The notes under the pieces were generated by a model, which saw only the letters and a program-made list of their open reading frames with translations, was not told where the DNA came from and searched no databases. A program made the translations under genes and the position numbers. Positions 9,166 through 19,838 of a DNA stretch of 64,000 nucleotides are shown here, piece by piece (the stretch's first letter is position 1; each line of letters starts with the position of its first letter). Origin of the DNA: an uncultured Candidatus Marinamargulisbacteria bacterium. Its GTDB lineage: Bacteria; Margulisbacteria; Riflemargulisbacteria; GWF2-35-9; DYQY01. The stretch lies in the NCBI GenBank assembly GCA_964429235.1, contig CAYSAQ010000002.1, positions 139,571-203,570 on the forward strand, in the 5' to 3' direction.

Positions 9166-9762
9166 TTATTTTTTTACAGAGTAACCAAAAGACCCTAATT
9201 TTTTACCTAAATCGTAGTATTCTCCATGGTTATAGGCTACTAGTCTTGCCCTGTCTAGCGCATACTTCCCGTCTTTGTTTATTAGATCTTCTCTAATTGA
9301 AGTGCCCACTACTTCTGCAATAAAACAGTCATGAGTACCAAGCTTTAATATTTGCTTTGTTTTGCATTCCAAACTAAGCGGGGAAATCGCTATTTGCGGT
9401 GTCTCTATTACACTGGATGCTGCTTTTTTTAATTTTAAAATAGACCATTTATCCATGTCCTTACCTGATCTAACTCCACAAAAATCCATCTCCCTAACCA
9501 TATTGCTATCTACCAGGTTAATAACAAATTCACCAGTATCTTTTATAATTTTATATGAGTGCCTAGATGGACGAATAGATATTGAAACCATTACTGGATC
9601 ACTACAAACTGTCCCCGCCCAAGCTATTGTAATAAGATTGTGATCTTGCGATTTTATGCCACAAGAGACCATTACTGCCGGAATTGGATATAAAAGGTTT
9701 GCTGGTTTTGTTGCTACTCTTTTTTTTGGTCTATGTGCTTGAGGTTTATTATATCTTTTCAT
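9166..9762 (-). CDS. Flavin reductase-like (FMN-binding split-barrel) domain protein.
   Basis: LYPIPAVMVSCG...ITIAWAGTV block typical of the flavin reductase-like family. Confidence 0.65.
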   Translation of the reverse strand: MKRYNKPQAHRPKKRVATKPANLLYPIPAVMVSCGIKSQDHNLITIAWAGTVCSDPVMVSISIRPSRHSYKIIKDTGEFVINLVDSNMVREMDFCGVRSGKDMDKWSILKLKKAASSVIETPQIAISPLSLECKTKQILKLGTHDCFIAEVVGTSIREDLINKDGKYALDRARLVAYNHGEYYDLGKKLGSFGYSVKK

Positions 9763-9770
9763 TTCATTCC

Positions 9771-10889
9771 TTAAAAATTCATTTTATAGGCAACCGAATA
9801 CGACTCATCGTTATCCCCTATTTTCTCATAATAAATAACAGAGCTTGTATAAGCATTTAAAGGATATGTAAGTGTTCCGCTAACCTTATAAGGAATATCT
9901 GGTCTTAGTAAAATCTGCTGATAAGACAACACCCCTGAAAAACCATTAATATCGTTTAAAGCCAACGCTCCCTTAAATACTGCGTCTGCATTATCATAGT
10001 CCTCATAACCAACACTTACAATCCCAAAAGGCATTACGCTGAGTTCGGCTCCAACAAAGTAGCCATTCATGGCGCTAGCTGAATAGTTCGAAATATCGAT
10101 TGGGGCTACCTCATATGAAGAATTAAAGAATCCTGGAACAAAGTTCTTTCCAAGCATTCTATACTCAGCTCTAACATCAAATATCTCTCCAAAATCCATC
10201 TTTGTTCCAAGTGCTAGAGCATTAGACTGATTTGATAATGAACCGTACTCCAGATATGCATCCATCCATGGCTGAATTAGCTTAAACCCCATATCAACTG
10301 AGTATGCTGAAACTCCTTTGTTAATTTTTGCATTACCACTTACAACGCCATCTGTCTCTGAAACATAGCTAACACCTGCGATTAATGGAGTATCAAGCCC
10401 GGGCATTTTAAACAAATCATAAGTTAATCTAGTTCCAACGACACCTGTGCCTGCAAACATGCTATATATTCCAACTGGCAGGAATTGTCTTGTATATGCT
10501 TTAAATCCCGCATTATTCATATTGAAATAGGTAGATACTGGCGCGGAATCATAAGAATCCATTATTAAACCATAGCCATATGTCTCGTTAGCTAGTCTTC
10601 CAAACCTTACACCCCACAAGCCATTATCATACTGTGTATACCTAAATTCTATTAACGATAAGCCTGGTGGCCGCTTGCTTTCAGGAAAAACCAGATTAAG
10701 CCCTGCTCCACAACTAAAATCATCTAAAACAAATTCCTGAGTAAAATGCATGTTAAGCGCATTCTGGCCTTCATGTGAAATCATAGAAAATACACCACCA
10801 CCACTTTGCAGCAAATCATTAGTTGATAAACTTCCATACCCTGCAAACGCTAAAGTAAAAAGAAATAAAATAATTAGCTTCTTCTGCAT
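9771..10889 (-). CDS. Outer-membrane beta-barrel protein with a signal peptide and C-terminal Phe.
   Basis: N-terminus MQKKLIILFLFTLAFAGYGS. Alternating amphipathic strands rich in Y/G/S. Ends ...AYKMNF. Confidence 0.55.
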   Translation of the reverse strand: MQKKLIILFLFTLAFAGYGSLSTNDLLQSGGGVFSMISHEGQNALNMHFTQEFVLDDFSCGAGLNLVFPESKRPPGLSLIEFRYTQYDNGLWGVRFGRLANETYGYGLIMDSYDSAPVSTYFNMNNAGFKAYTRQFLPVGIYSMFAGTGVVGTRLTYDLFKMPGLDTPLIAGVSYVSETDGVVSGNAKINKGVSAYSVDMGFKLIQPWMDAYLEYGSLSNQSNALALGTKMDFGEIFDVRAEYRMLGKNFVPGFFNSSYEVAPIDISNYSASAMNGYFVGAELSVMPFGIVSVGYEDYDNADAVFKGALALNDINGFSGVLSYQQILLRPDIPYKVSGTLTYPLNAYTSSVIYYEKIGDNDESYSVAYKMNF

Positions 10890-11147
10890 ATTGTTCTCCC
10901 TCGCTAATAAGTAATCATGGATGTAATTAATACCTTAACTGTATAAAAAAAAGTTAAAACTAGAGCTGAAACAAATAAATAAGATAATTTTCCCTGATCC
11001 ATAGCTAAATTATATTGTTAACTATCTTCGATAGCAACCATTCGTTTTACTAAGTATCCATATGCGTAAACAAACATCACCATAAAGTACTTGACGTAAG
11101 TTAAAAAGAGGTATAAGATAGTTTACGTAGAATAGTGGAGGTATAAA

Positions 11148-11552
11148 ATGAACAAACATGAAGGATTTAGCTTGCTTGAGTTACTAATTGCCCTTTCTTT
11201 ATTGGTTATTCTGAGCTCTTTTGTAATGCCAAATATTAAAAAAATACAAGATAAAAGCAACAATATGACTGCCGAAGTAAATATTAGAACCTTTCAAGCT
11301 TGCTTGGAAAACTACTTTCTAGAAAATAGCACATATCCCGCTGGCGACTTGAATGCTGGCGAGCTTTTTAGCTTACTTGCTGCAGATAATATTATAAAAA
11401 CTTGTCCAACAAACCCTTATACAAAAGCAGTCTATTCTGATTCTGACACAAAAGGAAAAGTCACCTATTCTTCAAGTGACGGCAATGACTATGACCTTAA
11501 ATTGTACTCAAGAGATGGAACAATCGTAATGCTGTTACTTAATAGCTTATAG
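11148..11552 (+). CDS. Prepilin-type N-terminal cleavage/methylation domain protein (pseudopilin or type IV pilin-like).
   Basis: MNKHEG/FSLLELLIALSLLVIL class III signal with Glu at +5. Confidence 0.75.
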   Translation: MNKHEGFSLLELLIALSLLVILSSFVMPNIKKIQDKSNNMTAEVNIRTFQACLENYFLENSTYPAGDLNAGELFSLLAADNIIKTCPTNPYTKAVYSDSDTKGKVTYSSSDGNDYDLKLYSRDGTIVMLLLNSL

Positions 11553-12587
11553 GTCTAACTCTTCGAGTATTGAGTTATATACTAAAAAGCCTTTGTTTGT
11601 AAGATGAACAAAGGCTTTGCCCATTATTATTAGTTCTGGGTATTTTCGTAGGACGTCATCAAAAAGCTTCTCATATGCTACTCCGGTTGTTGTTCTTAGA
11701 CCCATCATAATTTTTTCCATTTTTTGCTCTTTCTCGCTAAGATTATCTGTGTTTACTACTCTCTTTCCTGATAGATACTCTTCTATGTTCTTAATATTCT
11801 CAATACGAATTCCTTTGATCGTGGATACTGCACCAGCCCCTACCCCTAAATAATCCTGATAGCTCCAATATGCTTGGTTATGTTTACATTCATATTCAGA
11901 TTTTGAATAATTTGATATTTCATACCTAGCAAACTCCTTATCTCTTAGTTTAGAAACAACCTCTTCTGCTAATTTGCTTTGATTATCATCATCTATTGGA
12001 TGCTCGTCATATTTATTAGCTAAAGGAGTGTCTTCCTCTATTGTCAGTGAATAATAGGAAACATGCTTAATATTCTCAGTAATATTACTAATTTCTTTAA
12101 TAATGTCCTCTTTGGTTTGACCTGGTAAAGAATACATTAAATCTATGCCGATATTAGAAAAATACTTTCCTGCAATGGATAGCTTTTCCGGCACATTACA
12201 GCTTCTTTCTCTGCCAATATCTATTAGCTTCAAATCTTCAAAAGACTGTACCCCGACGCTCAGTCTATTGATTCCTGCGCTTACAAATTCTTTCATCTTC
12301 TGTGCTGTTATAGTCTCAGGATTACACTCAATGCTTACTTCGCATTGTTTTGTTAATTTAAGTTTACTTAGGATGTTATTTACTTGTTGTCCGGTTAACA
12401 GACTAGGCGTCCCTCCTCCAAAAAACACTGTTTCTAGAGGTTCGCCGTTGTATCTTTCAGTTATTTCATCAACTACTGCTGCAACATAATCCTCTCTTAC
12501 CGTCCCGTTACATGGAACTGAATAAAAGTCACAATAATCACATTTTGAATTGCAATATGGGATATGAAGGTAAAGGTGTTTTACCAT
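11547..12587 (-). CDS. hemW: Radical SAM protein of the HemN/HemW family (likely the heme chaperone HemW).
   Basis: CNSKCDYCDF CxxxCxxC motif near the N-terminus. Length 346 aa. Confidence 0.75.
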   Translation of the reverse strand: MVKHLYLHIPYCNSKCDYCDFYSVPCNGTVREDYVAAVVDEITERYNGEPLETVFFGGGTPSLLTGQQVNNILSKLKLTKQCEVSIECNPETITAQKMKEFVSAGINRLSVGVQSFEDLKLIDIGRERSCNVPEKLSIAGKYFSNIGIDLMYSLPGQTKEDIIKEISNITENIKHVSYYSLTIEEDTPLANKYDEHPIDDDNQSKLAEEVVSKLRDKEFARYEISNYSKSEYECKHNQAYWSYQDYLGVGAGAVSTIKGIRIENIKNIEEYLSGKRVVNTDNLSEKEQKMEKIMMGLRTTTGVAYEKLFDDVLRKYPELIIMGKAFVHLTNKGFLVYNSILEELDL

Positions 12588-12592
12588 TTAGG

Positions 12593-14389
12593 CTACTCGT
12601 CAGAAATACTTAAAATACATAGAAAAGCATCATCCGGAATCTCTACATTTCCAACACTTTTCATTCTTTTTTTACCCTCTTTTTGCTTTTCTAAGAGCTT
12701 TCGCTTTCTCGAAATATCACCACCATAGCACTTGGCTGTAACATTCTTTCTCAACGCCTTTATGGTTTCTCTAGAAATAATTTTGCTTCCGATAGACGCT
12801 TGCACCGGTATTTCAAACATTTGTCTATGTATTTGCTCTTTTAACTTCTTAACAAGTGCTCTCCCTCTAAAGAACGAGTGATCCCTATGACAAATAAATG
12901 AAAAAGCATCAACGATATCGCCCTTAAGCAAAATATCGACTTTAACTAAATCGGAATTTTCATAACCAGCCAATTCATAATCTAAAGAAGCATAGCCTTT
13001 GCTTAACTCTTTCATCTTGTTAAAGAAGTCTATAACTATCTCGTTAAGCGGTAAAACATAGTGAAGCACTACTCTTGTTTCAGTAATATACTCCATGTGA
13101 TCCAATTTGCCTCTTTTCTTGTTGCACAAGTCCATAATAGAACCTACATACTCGTTTGGAAGAACAATATTTGCCTTTACAATTGGCTCTTCTATACTCT
13201 CTATAAGCCCTCTGTCTGGATAGTTAGCTGGGTTATCGATAACCATCTGATTGCCATTTATCATATTAAGCCTATACTCAACACCTGGAGCTGTAGCTAT
13301 CATGTCTATATTATACTCTCTCTCAATACGCTCCTTTATAATCTCCATATGCAATAACCCAAGAAATCCACATCTAAACCCAAAACCAAGAGCCTTTGAT
13401 GTCTCTGGCACAAAGTGTAGCGAAGAATCATTTAGTCTAAGCTTTTGCAACGCTTCCCTTAGGTCTTCATAATTATCTGATATTACTGGATACAGTCCAC
13501 AAAAAACCATGGATTGTGGCTCTTTATAGCCTGGTAGTGGCACTAACGCCTCGCTACCTGCAACTGTTACGGTATCTCCAATTTTTACATCATCAATATT
13601 TTTAATGTTGCCTATTAAGTACCCAACTTCACCTGTTTTTAAAAAGCCTGTTTTTATCATGTTTGGTTTAAAATATCCTATTTCGGTTACCTCGTATTCG
13701 GCTTTAGACTGCATAAATTTTATTTTCTGCCCTTTTGCTATCTCGCCTTCAACGACTCTAACCATAACCTCAACACCCCTATAGCTGTCGAAATGAGAAT
13801 CAAACACTAGAGCCTTAAGACTATCCGCTTCCTTGCCAGTTGGAGGAGGAATGAGCTCTACAATCGCTTCTAAAACTGCATCGATACCCTCACCTGTCTT
13901 TGCGCTTACAGGAATATATCCTGAAGGTCCAAGAATAGATTCAATCTCTTTCATAACTTTTTCCGGCTCTGCTGCTGGAAGATCTATTTTATTAATCACT
14001 GGGATAATAGTTAGATCGTTCTCTATCGCTAAATAAATATTTGCCATTGTTTGAGCTTCTATTCCCTGAGTTGCATCTACTATTAAAAGCGCACCCTCAC
14101 AAGCTGCCAAGCTTCTTGATACTTCATATGTAAAATCAACGTGTCCGGGTGTGTCGATCAAATTAAGCATATACTCTTCGCCATCATTGGCGTCATATAA
14201 CATTCTTGCTGGCTGTAGTTTTATTGTAATACCTCGCTCTTGCTCAAGCTCCATAGTATCTAAAAGCTGTGCTTTCATGTCTCTTTTATCTATGGTTTTG
14301 GTAACCTCTAGCAACCTATCTGCAAGAGTAGATTTGCCGTGATCGATGTGAGCGATTATAGAAAAGTTTCTAATATTCTTTTGTTGCAT
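12593..14389 (-). CDS. lepA: Translation elongation factor 4 (LepA).
   Basis: [20 protein letters not shown] GTPase N-terminus. Length 598 aa. Confidence 0.9.
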   Translation of the reverse strand: MQQKNIRNFSIIAHIDHGKSTLADRLLEVTKTIDKRDMKAQLLDTMELEQERGITIKLQPARMLYDANDGEEYMLNLIDTPGHVDFTYEVSRSLAACEGALLIVDATQGIEAQTMANIYLAIENDLTIIPVINKIDLPAAEPEKVMKEIESILGPSGYIPVSAKTGEGIDAVLEAIVELIPPPTGKEADSLKALVFDSHFDSYRGVEVMVRVVEGEIAKGQKIKFMQSKAEYEVTEIGYFKPNMIKTGFLKTGEVGYLIGNIKNIDDVKIGDTVTVAGSEALVPLPGYKEPQSMVFCGLYPVISDNYEDLREALQKLRLNDSSLHFVPETSKALGFGFRCGFLGLLHMEIIKERIEREYNIDMIATAPGVEYRLNMINGNQMVIDNPANYPDRGLIESIEEPIVKANIVLPNEYVGSIMDLCNKKRGKLDHMEYITETRVVLHYVLPLNEIVIDFFNKMKELSKGYASLDYELAGYENSDLVKVDILLKGDIVDAFSFICHRDHSFFRGRALVKKLKEQIHRQMFEIPVQASIGSKIISRETIKALRKNVTAKCYGGDISRKRKLLEKQKEGKKRMKSVGNVEIPDDAFLCILSISDE

Positions 14390-14524
14390 GAGTACAATTC
14401 TACGGCACTAGAGGGATTTTGCCTAACATTTATTAAGGTTTAAAGGTTATCAAAGAGCGCTTTTTGCGTATAATTATTGTAATATAGGGACTGTTTTCTC
14501 TATATACTATTTTAAAGGGGCTGT

Positions 14525-17280
14525 GTGTTAGCTATTATGGGGGATTTTACAATTTTAAAAAGACTGCAAATTATCATACTTGTTCTTACATCATTGCTTT
14601 CCTTTTCTATAGCAAGTGCACCACTTTCTTATGTAATTGATGCAGGCGATCATAGCTTTGTTGTAAAAGAAAACGGAACAGTTTATATAGCAGGGAAGAA
14701 TGAAGGCAATGTAATTGGAACAACAGTTTCACCAAACGTATTTACTTTCCAATACAGCACTAATAGTGCTAATACCACCAGCACTCTAAACTCTATAGCC
14801 GGTGGAACTCTTCACAGCTTAATAAAGAAAAGCGATAACTCCCTCTGGGGAACTGGATATAATGGAACGGGGCAGCTTGGAAATAATGACGACACTAATG
14901 TCCTTGCATGGGAAATTCTTACATCAAATATTGTTACGATTGCTGCAGGTGCTTACCATAGTTTAGGGATACTAGCTGACGGAACTTTAGTTGGAACTGG
15001 GTACAACCTTAACGGACAGCTTGGAACACTCAATGCTGTTAATCCAATATCATGGGTGTCTCTTGGTCTAAACGGAGTTAAAAAAATAGCCGCTGGAGAT
15101 GCCTTTAGCTTGGCGCTACAAACCAATGGGACTTTATGGGCAACTGGGGCAAATAACGATGGCCAATTTGGTGATGGAACAACCACAAACAGTCTTTCCT
15201 GGATACAAATAACTACTAATGTGAAAAACATTGCGGCTGGCTACAGCCATAGTTATATTGTTAAAAATGATAATAGTGGTTGGGTCTGTGGTCACAATGG
15301 ATTTGGCCAACTTGGCCTTGGAAACAAACAAGACAGACTCTCGTGGACACCTTCGACAATTACTGGCGATGTTCATATCATTGCAGGAGACCACCATACA
15401 TTTGTTCTTACAGACGCAGGATCTCTTGTTGGTGTTGGACGAAATGATCATGGTCAATTAGGGCTAGGTAATACAACAGATATACTAAGCGTTACTGTTA
15501 TCACGGATAATGTTAAAAGTGTTGCTGCAGGAAACAGACATAGCCACATTATTAAACAAACTGACACCTTATGGGCTGCTGGCTACAATGGATTTGGACG
15601 CTTGGTACTACAAGCACAAACGATTCCATAGCATGGACACTGGTTCCTTCATTAAACACTCCTCCAAACGTAACCGCTAGCACTAATATGACTTTCCATG
15701 CAGGAGACCTTACTACATTCTCTGCTTATATTTTTGATGTTGACGACGATAACTTATCAATTAATTGGACTCTAATATCAAGCCCTCTCGGTAGCACTCT
15801 TCCTTCTGCTCTATCTACAATGAGTGCGTTTGTCATCTCAGCTGACTTAGTCGGAACATACAGCATTCAGCTATTAGTTTCTGATCAATTAACTTCCGTA
15901 ATAAACACAATTTCTGTTATAGCAACCAATACAGCACCTTCTGCAAATGCTGGAACAAATAGAATATTTCCTGTTTTTAGCTTAGTCGAATTATCCGCAC
16001 TTAATAGTACGGACAACGAGGACGATACTCTAACATATACATGGGCAATTTTAGACAAACCAGCTTCTAGCAATCAAATTATTAGCCCCAACAATCTAAT
16101 AACAACATCTGTTTTATTAGATAGCATTGGTACCTATGATATATTATTAGCTGTTTCTGATAATTGGAGCATATCTACCACATCTATCACTATAAAATCA
16201 GTGCCTCCATTTGATCCATTCGCTCCAACTTATTCTATTCGGCTATCACATCAAAATGTCTCCAGCCATCTAACCGTAATGATCTCTTTTAATGAAACAA
16301 TGATTGCTAGCCCTTTAGGCATATTTATAGACTATGACACTGGTGCCAGCCAAGATATCACAAGTCAGGGAGACTGGATTACCTCTAACTATATGAGTTG
16401 GATAGCTACGGTAACCCCATCTATTCGGGCTGGTTTAATTGCAACCGTTTCCGTGCGACTTGCTTATGGCACAGACGGCAACAGGGTTAGCCAAGGCAAT
16501 TCAAAAACAGCTACTTACTACATTCTTCCTTATCTGGTAACATCAAACACGGCAACCGGTCTCACTGTTGATGTGGACCTTCCTTATGGTGCCGTTTCTG
16601 TGGACGTGACTCCAATAATTACCTTTTTTAGCACCATCCCGTCAACTGATACAATTATTCCTTCTAAAGACTCAGCAACAAGTCGCAGCATTGTTTGGGT
16701 AACATACCTAGATGCTTTTGAATTTTCATTAGCTCCTACCGGTAGTTACATTGGACAGCCAACCCCACAAATACAATCTATTGCAAACTTTTATCTATCC
16801 TTCGCTGGCGTTTCGTCAACAGACAAGCTAGTAAGAATATACACTTACAGCGCATCCGCTGATAGGTGGTCAGAGGATGGGATAATTTCAATTTCTATTA
16901 CCCGAGATAACGTTTGCTTTACTACAGCAAAACAAGGCTTATTTGCGCTGGTTCTAGTAGAAGCTGAGCCAATTAGATCAACCGAAAACCTTGTTATATC
17001 AAGAGCGCTTTCTGCACCAAATCCTTTCAATCCTGGAGCCGCTGAAACATCTCATATTGGTTTTTATCTAAATAAAGCAGCAACTATAAAGCTCTTTGTT
17101 CACAATATTGCAGGGTCTGTAATATATTCTGATTACGCATCCTTTAATGATGGATACAATGAATTCGTTTGGAATGGCCGTGACCTAAAAGGCAGAATAG
17201 TTGGTAATGATTTGTATTTTGCTTACATAGTTGCTGCTGCTGGTAACTCTAAAGTAGTAAAAATCGTGGTGATGAAATGA
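14525..17280 (+). CDS. Secreted RCC1-repeat / Ig-like-domain protein with a T9SS-type C-terminal sorting domain. It is split into two ORFs (14525..15631 and 15571..17280) by an apparent 1-nt frameshift near 15605.
   Basis: N-terminal signal peptide. About seven GxNxxGQLG(xG) RCC1-like repeats. Frame 2 ends ...GYNGFGRLV and frame 1 continues LGTTSTNDSIAW, which keeps the repeat register. The C-terminus PNPFNPGAAETSHIGFYLNKAATIKLFVHNIAGSVIY...WNGRDLKG matches the Por-secretion-tail/FlgD-Ig-like pattern. Confidence 0.6.
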
Positions 17281-17939
17281 AATACAAACTAATAAGCATT
17301 ATCCTTCTCCTCGGTTTGAGCATATGTTCTGAATTCGTCAATAATGGAAGCTGGCTGGAAATAATACCTGATTCAAGAGCTGCTGCAATGGGTGGTGCAA
17401 ATACGGCAATCGCTTCATCTGCCTATGCTATCTATTGGAACCCTGCACTGCTTCATAACCAACATAATGCACAAGTTTCATTTATAGACCTTAGAGAAGG
17501 TCAGCTAAACTATTTATCTATGGCCTATGCTTTTCCGCTGGCTAATAACACCTTTGGCATAAGCGTTTATTACCTTGCATCTGGGGCTATTGAAGAAACG
17601 ATTTATCAAAGTGGCCGACCTCTTCAAATAGGAACTATGCCAGGACTTACATACCTGCTTGTTTCTGTTGGTTTCTCAACTAATCTCTCTGGCTTTCAAA
17701 TAGGCATAACAGAAAAAATACTTTCACAAACACTAGCAAACGAAAGAAGTACTGGCATTGGTGTTGATGCTGGAATATTCTACCCTATGGACTCAATTGT
17801 GCTTGGCGCTTCCCATGCAATTATCCCTATACGAACTAAATGGACAACTGAAACAAAAGAAACTCTCCAGGGGCATACTCGAGCTGGAGTTGGGTGTCAA
17901 ATAGTCCAAGACCTAATAATGGAATTGGATATGAATTAA
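17277..17939 (+). CDS. Outer-membrane protein with a FadL/PorV/PorP-like N-terminus, translationally coupled to the T9SS-CTD cargo gene. Possibly truncated.
   Basis: ATGA overlap with the upstream stop. Signal peptide. DSRAAAMGGANTAIASSAYAIYWNPALL resembles the GMGGA...NPA hatch motif of FadL-family and T9SS PorV/PorP barrels. Another frame (about 17882..18061) continues and ends ...RFGSASPF. Confidence 0.45.
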   Translation: MKYKLISIILLLGLSICSEFVNNGSWLEIIPDSRAAAMGGANTAIASSAYAIYWNPALLHNQHNAQVSFIDLREGQLNYLSMAYAFPLANNTFGISVYYLASGAIEETIYQSGRPLQIGTMPGLTYLLVSVGFSTNLSGFQIGITEKILSQTLANERSTGIGVDAGIFYPMDSIVLGASHAIIPIRTKWTTETKETLQGHTRAGVGCQIVQDLIMELDMN

Positions 17940-18182
17940 CAGGCAACAATCCTTATAAAAACAACAAATTCAAGGGTAATTTGGTTGACGCTATTGTTGA
18001 ATTTATAAAACCTTTCTTGCCAAAGAAAAACAACCGTTTTGGCTCTGCAAGTCCTTTTTAAAGATAGTTTTTATTAGCTTATGGCCCCCTGTTCTATTGA
18101 CCTGCGTCTCTTATTTTCTTAAATTGCTTATAACCTTATATAACATTAATAATTCTCCTTCACGTTTTCCTCAAAATAAGCG

Positions 18183-18830
18183 CTACTTCGAAAATTTATC
18201 ATTAAATATTTTTGTAATTATTTGTTGCCAGTTTTTTGCAATATAGCCTGTATATCCAGGCAAAACTCTATTTATAACATCTAATTGTATTGGCAATCCA
18301 ACTTCGGCGAACATATTTAGATCATTTATACTGTCTCCCACAGCAGCAGCATTGTCTTTGCTAATACCTATTATATTTAGCACACTCCGAACAACATCAC
18401 CTTTGCCTTCAAACCCATAATCTAGGCTTATTTCTCCTGTTAATTTCTTGTCTTTTACTATCACTTCATTGGCAAAATAGCCAGCTAGGTTATAATTATC
18501 AACAATGTATTTTGCAAGCTGTGCTACTCCGTTAGAAATCAAATATACCGAGATATTATTAACTTTGCAGGTTTCAAAAAACTCATCTAATTCTGAGTGA
18601 AGCGTCATGCTTTCGATTGCATGATTAAATAATTCTTCGCTTGCACCTCGCCAAGCTGCTACATCTAATCTAGCAAATTCAGCATAATCGATTTCTTTAT
18701 TGCGATACATTCTGAGATATTTCTCGCCTAAGTTGTCCCAAGTTCCACATAGCTTATGCATTCTTTCCCAAATATAATCACCATAATGAAGAGTTCCGTC
18801 TACATCTAAGAAAATAGCCTCTAGCGACAT
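18183..18830 (-). CDS. HAD-superfamily hydrolase (HAD-IB, phosphoserine phosphatase-like).
   Basis: FLDVDGTL motif I near the N-terminus and a VGDSINDLNM motif IV. Confidence 0.7.
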   Translation of the reverse strand: MSLEAIFLDVDGTLHYGDYIWERMHKLCGTWDNLGEKYLRMYRNKEIDYAEFARLDVAAWRGASEELFNHAIESMTLHSELDEFFETCKVNNISVYLISNGVAQLAKYIVDNYNLAGYFANEVIVKDKKLTGEISLDYGFEGKGDVVRSVLNIIGISKDNAAAVGDSINDLNMFAEVGLPIQLDVINRVLPGYTGYIAKNWQQIITKIFNDKFSK

Positions 18831-19838
18831 TTAGTGTGATTTCTTTGCAGCCAACATTCCACAAGCAGCATTGATATCTGAACCTTCGCTTCTTCGTAAT
18901 GTTGCATTGATTCCTCTATCTAATAAAATCTTTTGAAACCTTTGAGCTCTGGTTGATGTCTTATATTTTCCTTCTGCTGCGTTATATGGAATAAGGTTTA
19001 CGTGAAACCCAGTACCTTTAACAAGAAATATTAACTCTTGAGCATCGCTATCTTTATCGTTTATGTCTTGTAGCAATGTATATTCCAAGGTTACCCGCCT
19101 GCCGCTTTCTTCCATGTATCTATGAACAACGTCCAAAAGCTTAAAGAGCGGATTTGCTTTATTAGCAGGAACTATCTCGCTTCTTTTTTCTTCATCTGCT
19201 TGATGAATTGATACGGCTAGGTTGAGTCTTATGCCTTTTTCAATTAAAGTCTCTATACCTCTTATAATGCCCACTGTTGAGACAGTAAATCTTCTAATGC
19301 CTATTTGTGCGCCAAATGGATCGTTTAGTATTGCAATGGACTTCAACACGTTATCTAGATTTAAGAGTGGCTCGCCCATTCCCATGTAAACCACGTTATC
19401 TATTTTATGCCCTTCTCTGCTTGCTAAAATATACTGAAAAACAATTTCTTCTGTTGTAAGGTTTCTTTTAAAACCCATATTTCCTGTAGCACAAAAAGTG
19501 CAGCCTAACGCACAACCTACTTGTGAGGATACGCATAAAGTAGTCCTGTCTCTACTCTTTATAACAACGCACTCTATGGTCTCATTATCTGGATATGTTA
19601 AAACATACTTTATGGCACCACTGCTTTCAACCTTTTCAAAATCATAATGTGATAATAAGTAATTACCTTCTAGCATCTCTCTTTCAGGCTTACTTATACT
19701 AGTTATATCCTGCCAAGAATCTGGCGTTTTCGTATGTAACCATCTATAAATTATCTTTGTCTTATAAGGCTTGATGCCTTTTGCTGTTAGCTCTTCTTGA
19801 AGCTCCTCTAATGTGTATCCGTATATTCTATGTTTCAT
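18831..19838 (-). CDS. rlmN: 23S rRNA (adenine2503-C2)-methyltransferase RlmN (radical SAM, RlmN/Cfr family).
   Basis: CALGCTFCATG radical-SAM cluster motif. Typical RlmN length and C-terminal Cys. Confidence 0.8.
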   Translation of the reverse strand: MKHRIYGYTLEELQEELTAKGIKPYKTKIIYRWLHTKTPDSWQDITSISKPEREMLEGNYLLSHYDFEKVESSGAIKYVLTYPDNETIECVVIKSRDRTTLCVSSQVGCALGCTFCATGNMGFKRNLTTEEIVFQYILASREGHKIDNVVYMGMGEPLLNLDNVLKSIAILNDPFGAQIGIRRFTVSTVGIIRGIETLIEKGIRLNLAVSIHQADEEKRSEIVPANKANPLFKLLDVVHRYMEESGRRVTLEYTLLQDINDKDSDAQELIFLVKGTGFHVNLIPYNAAEGKYKTSTRAQRFQKILLDRGINATLRRSEGSDINAACGMLAAKKSH

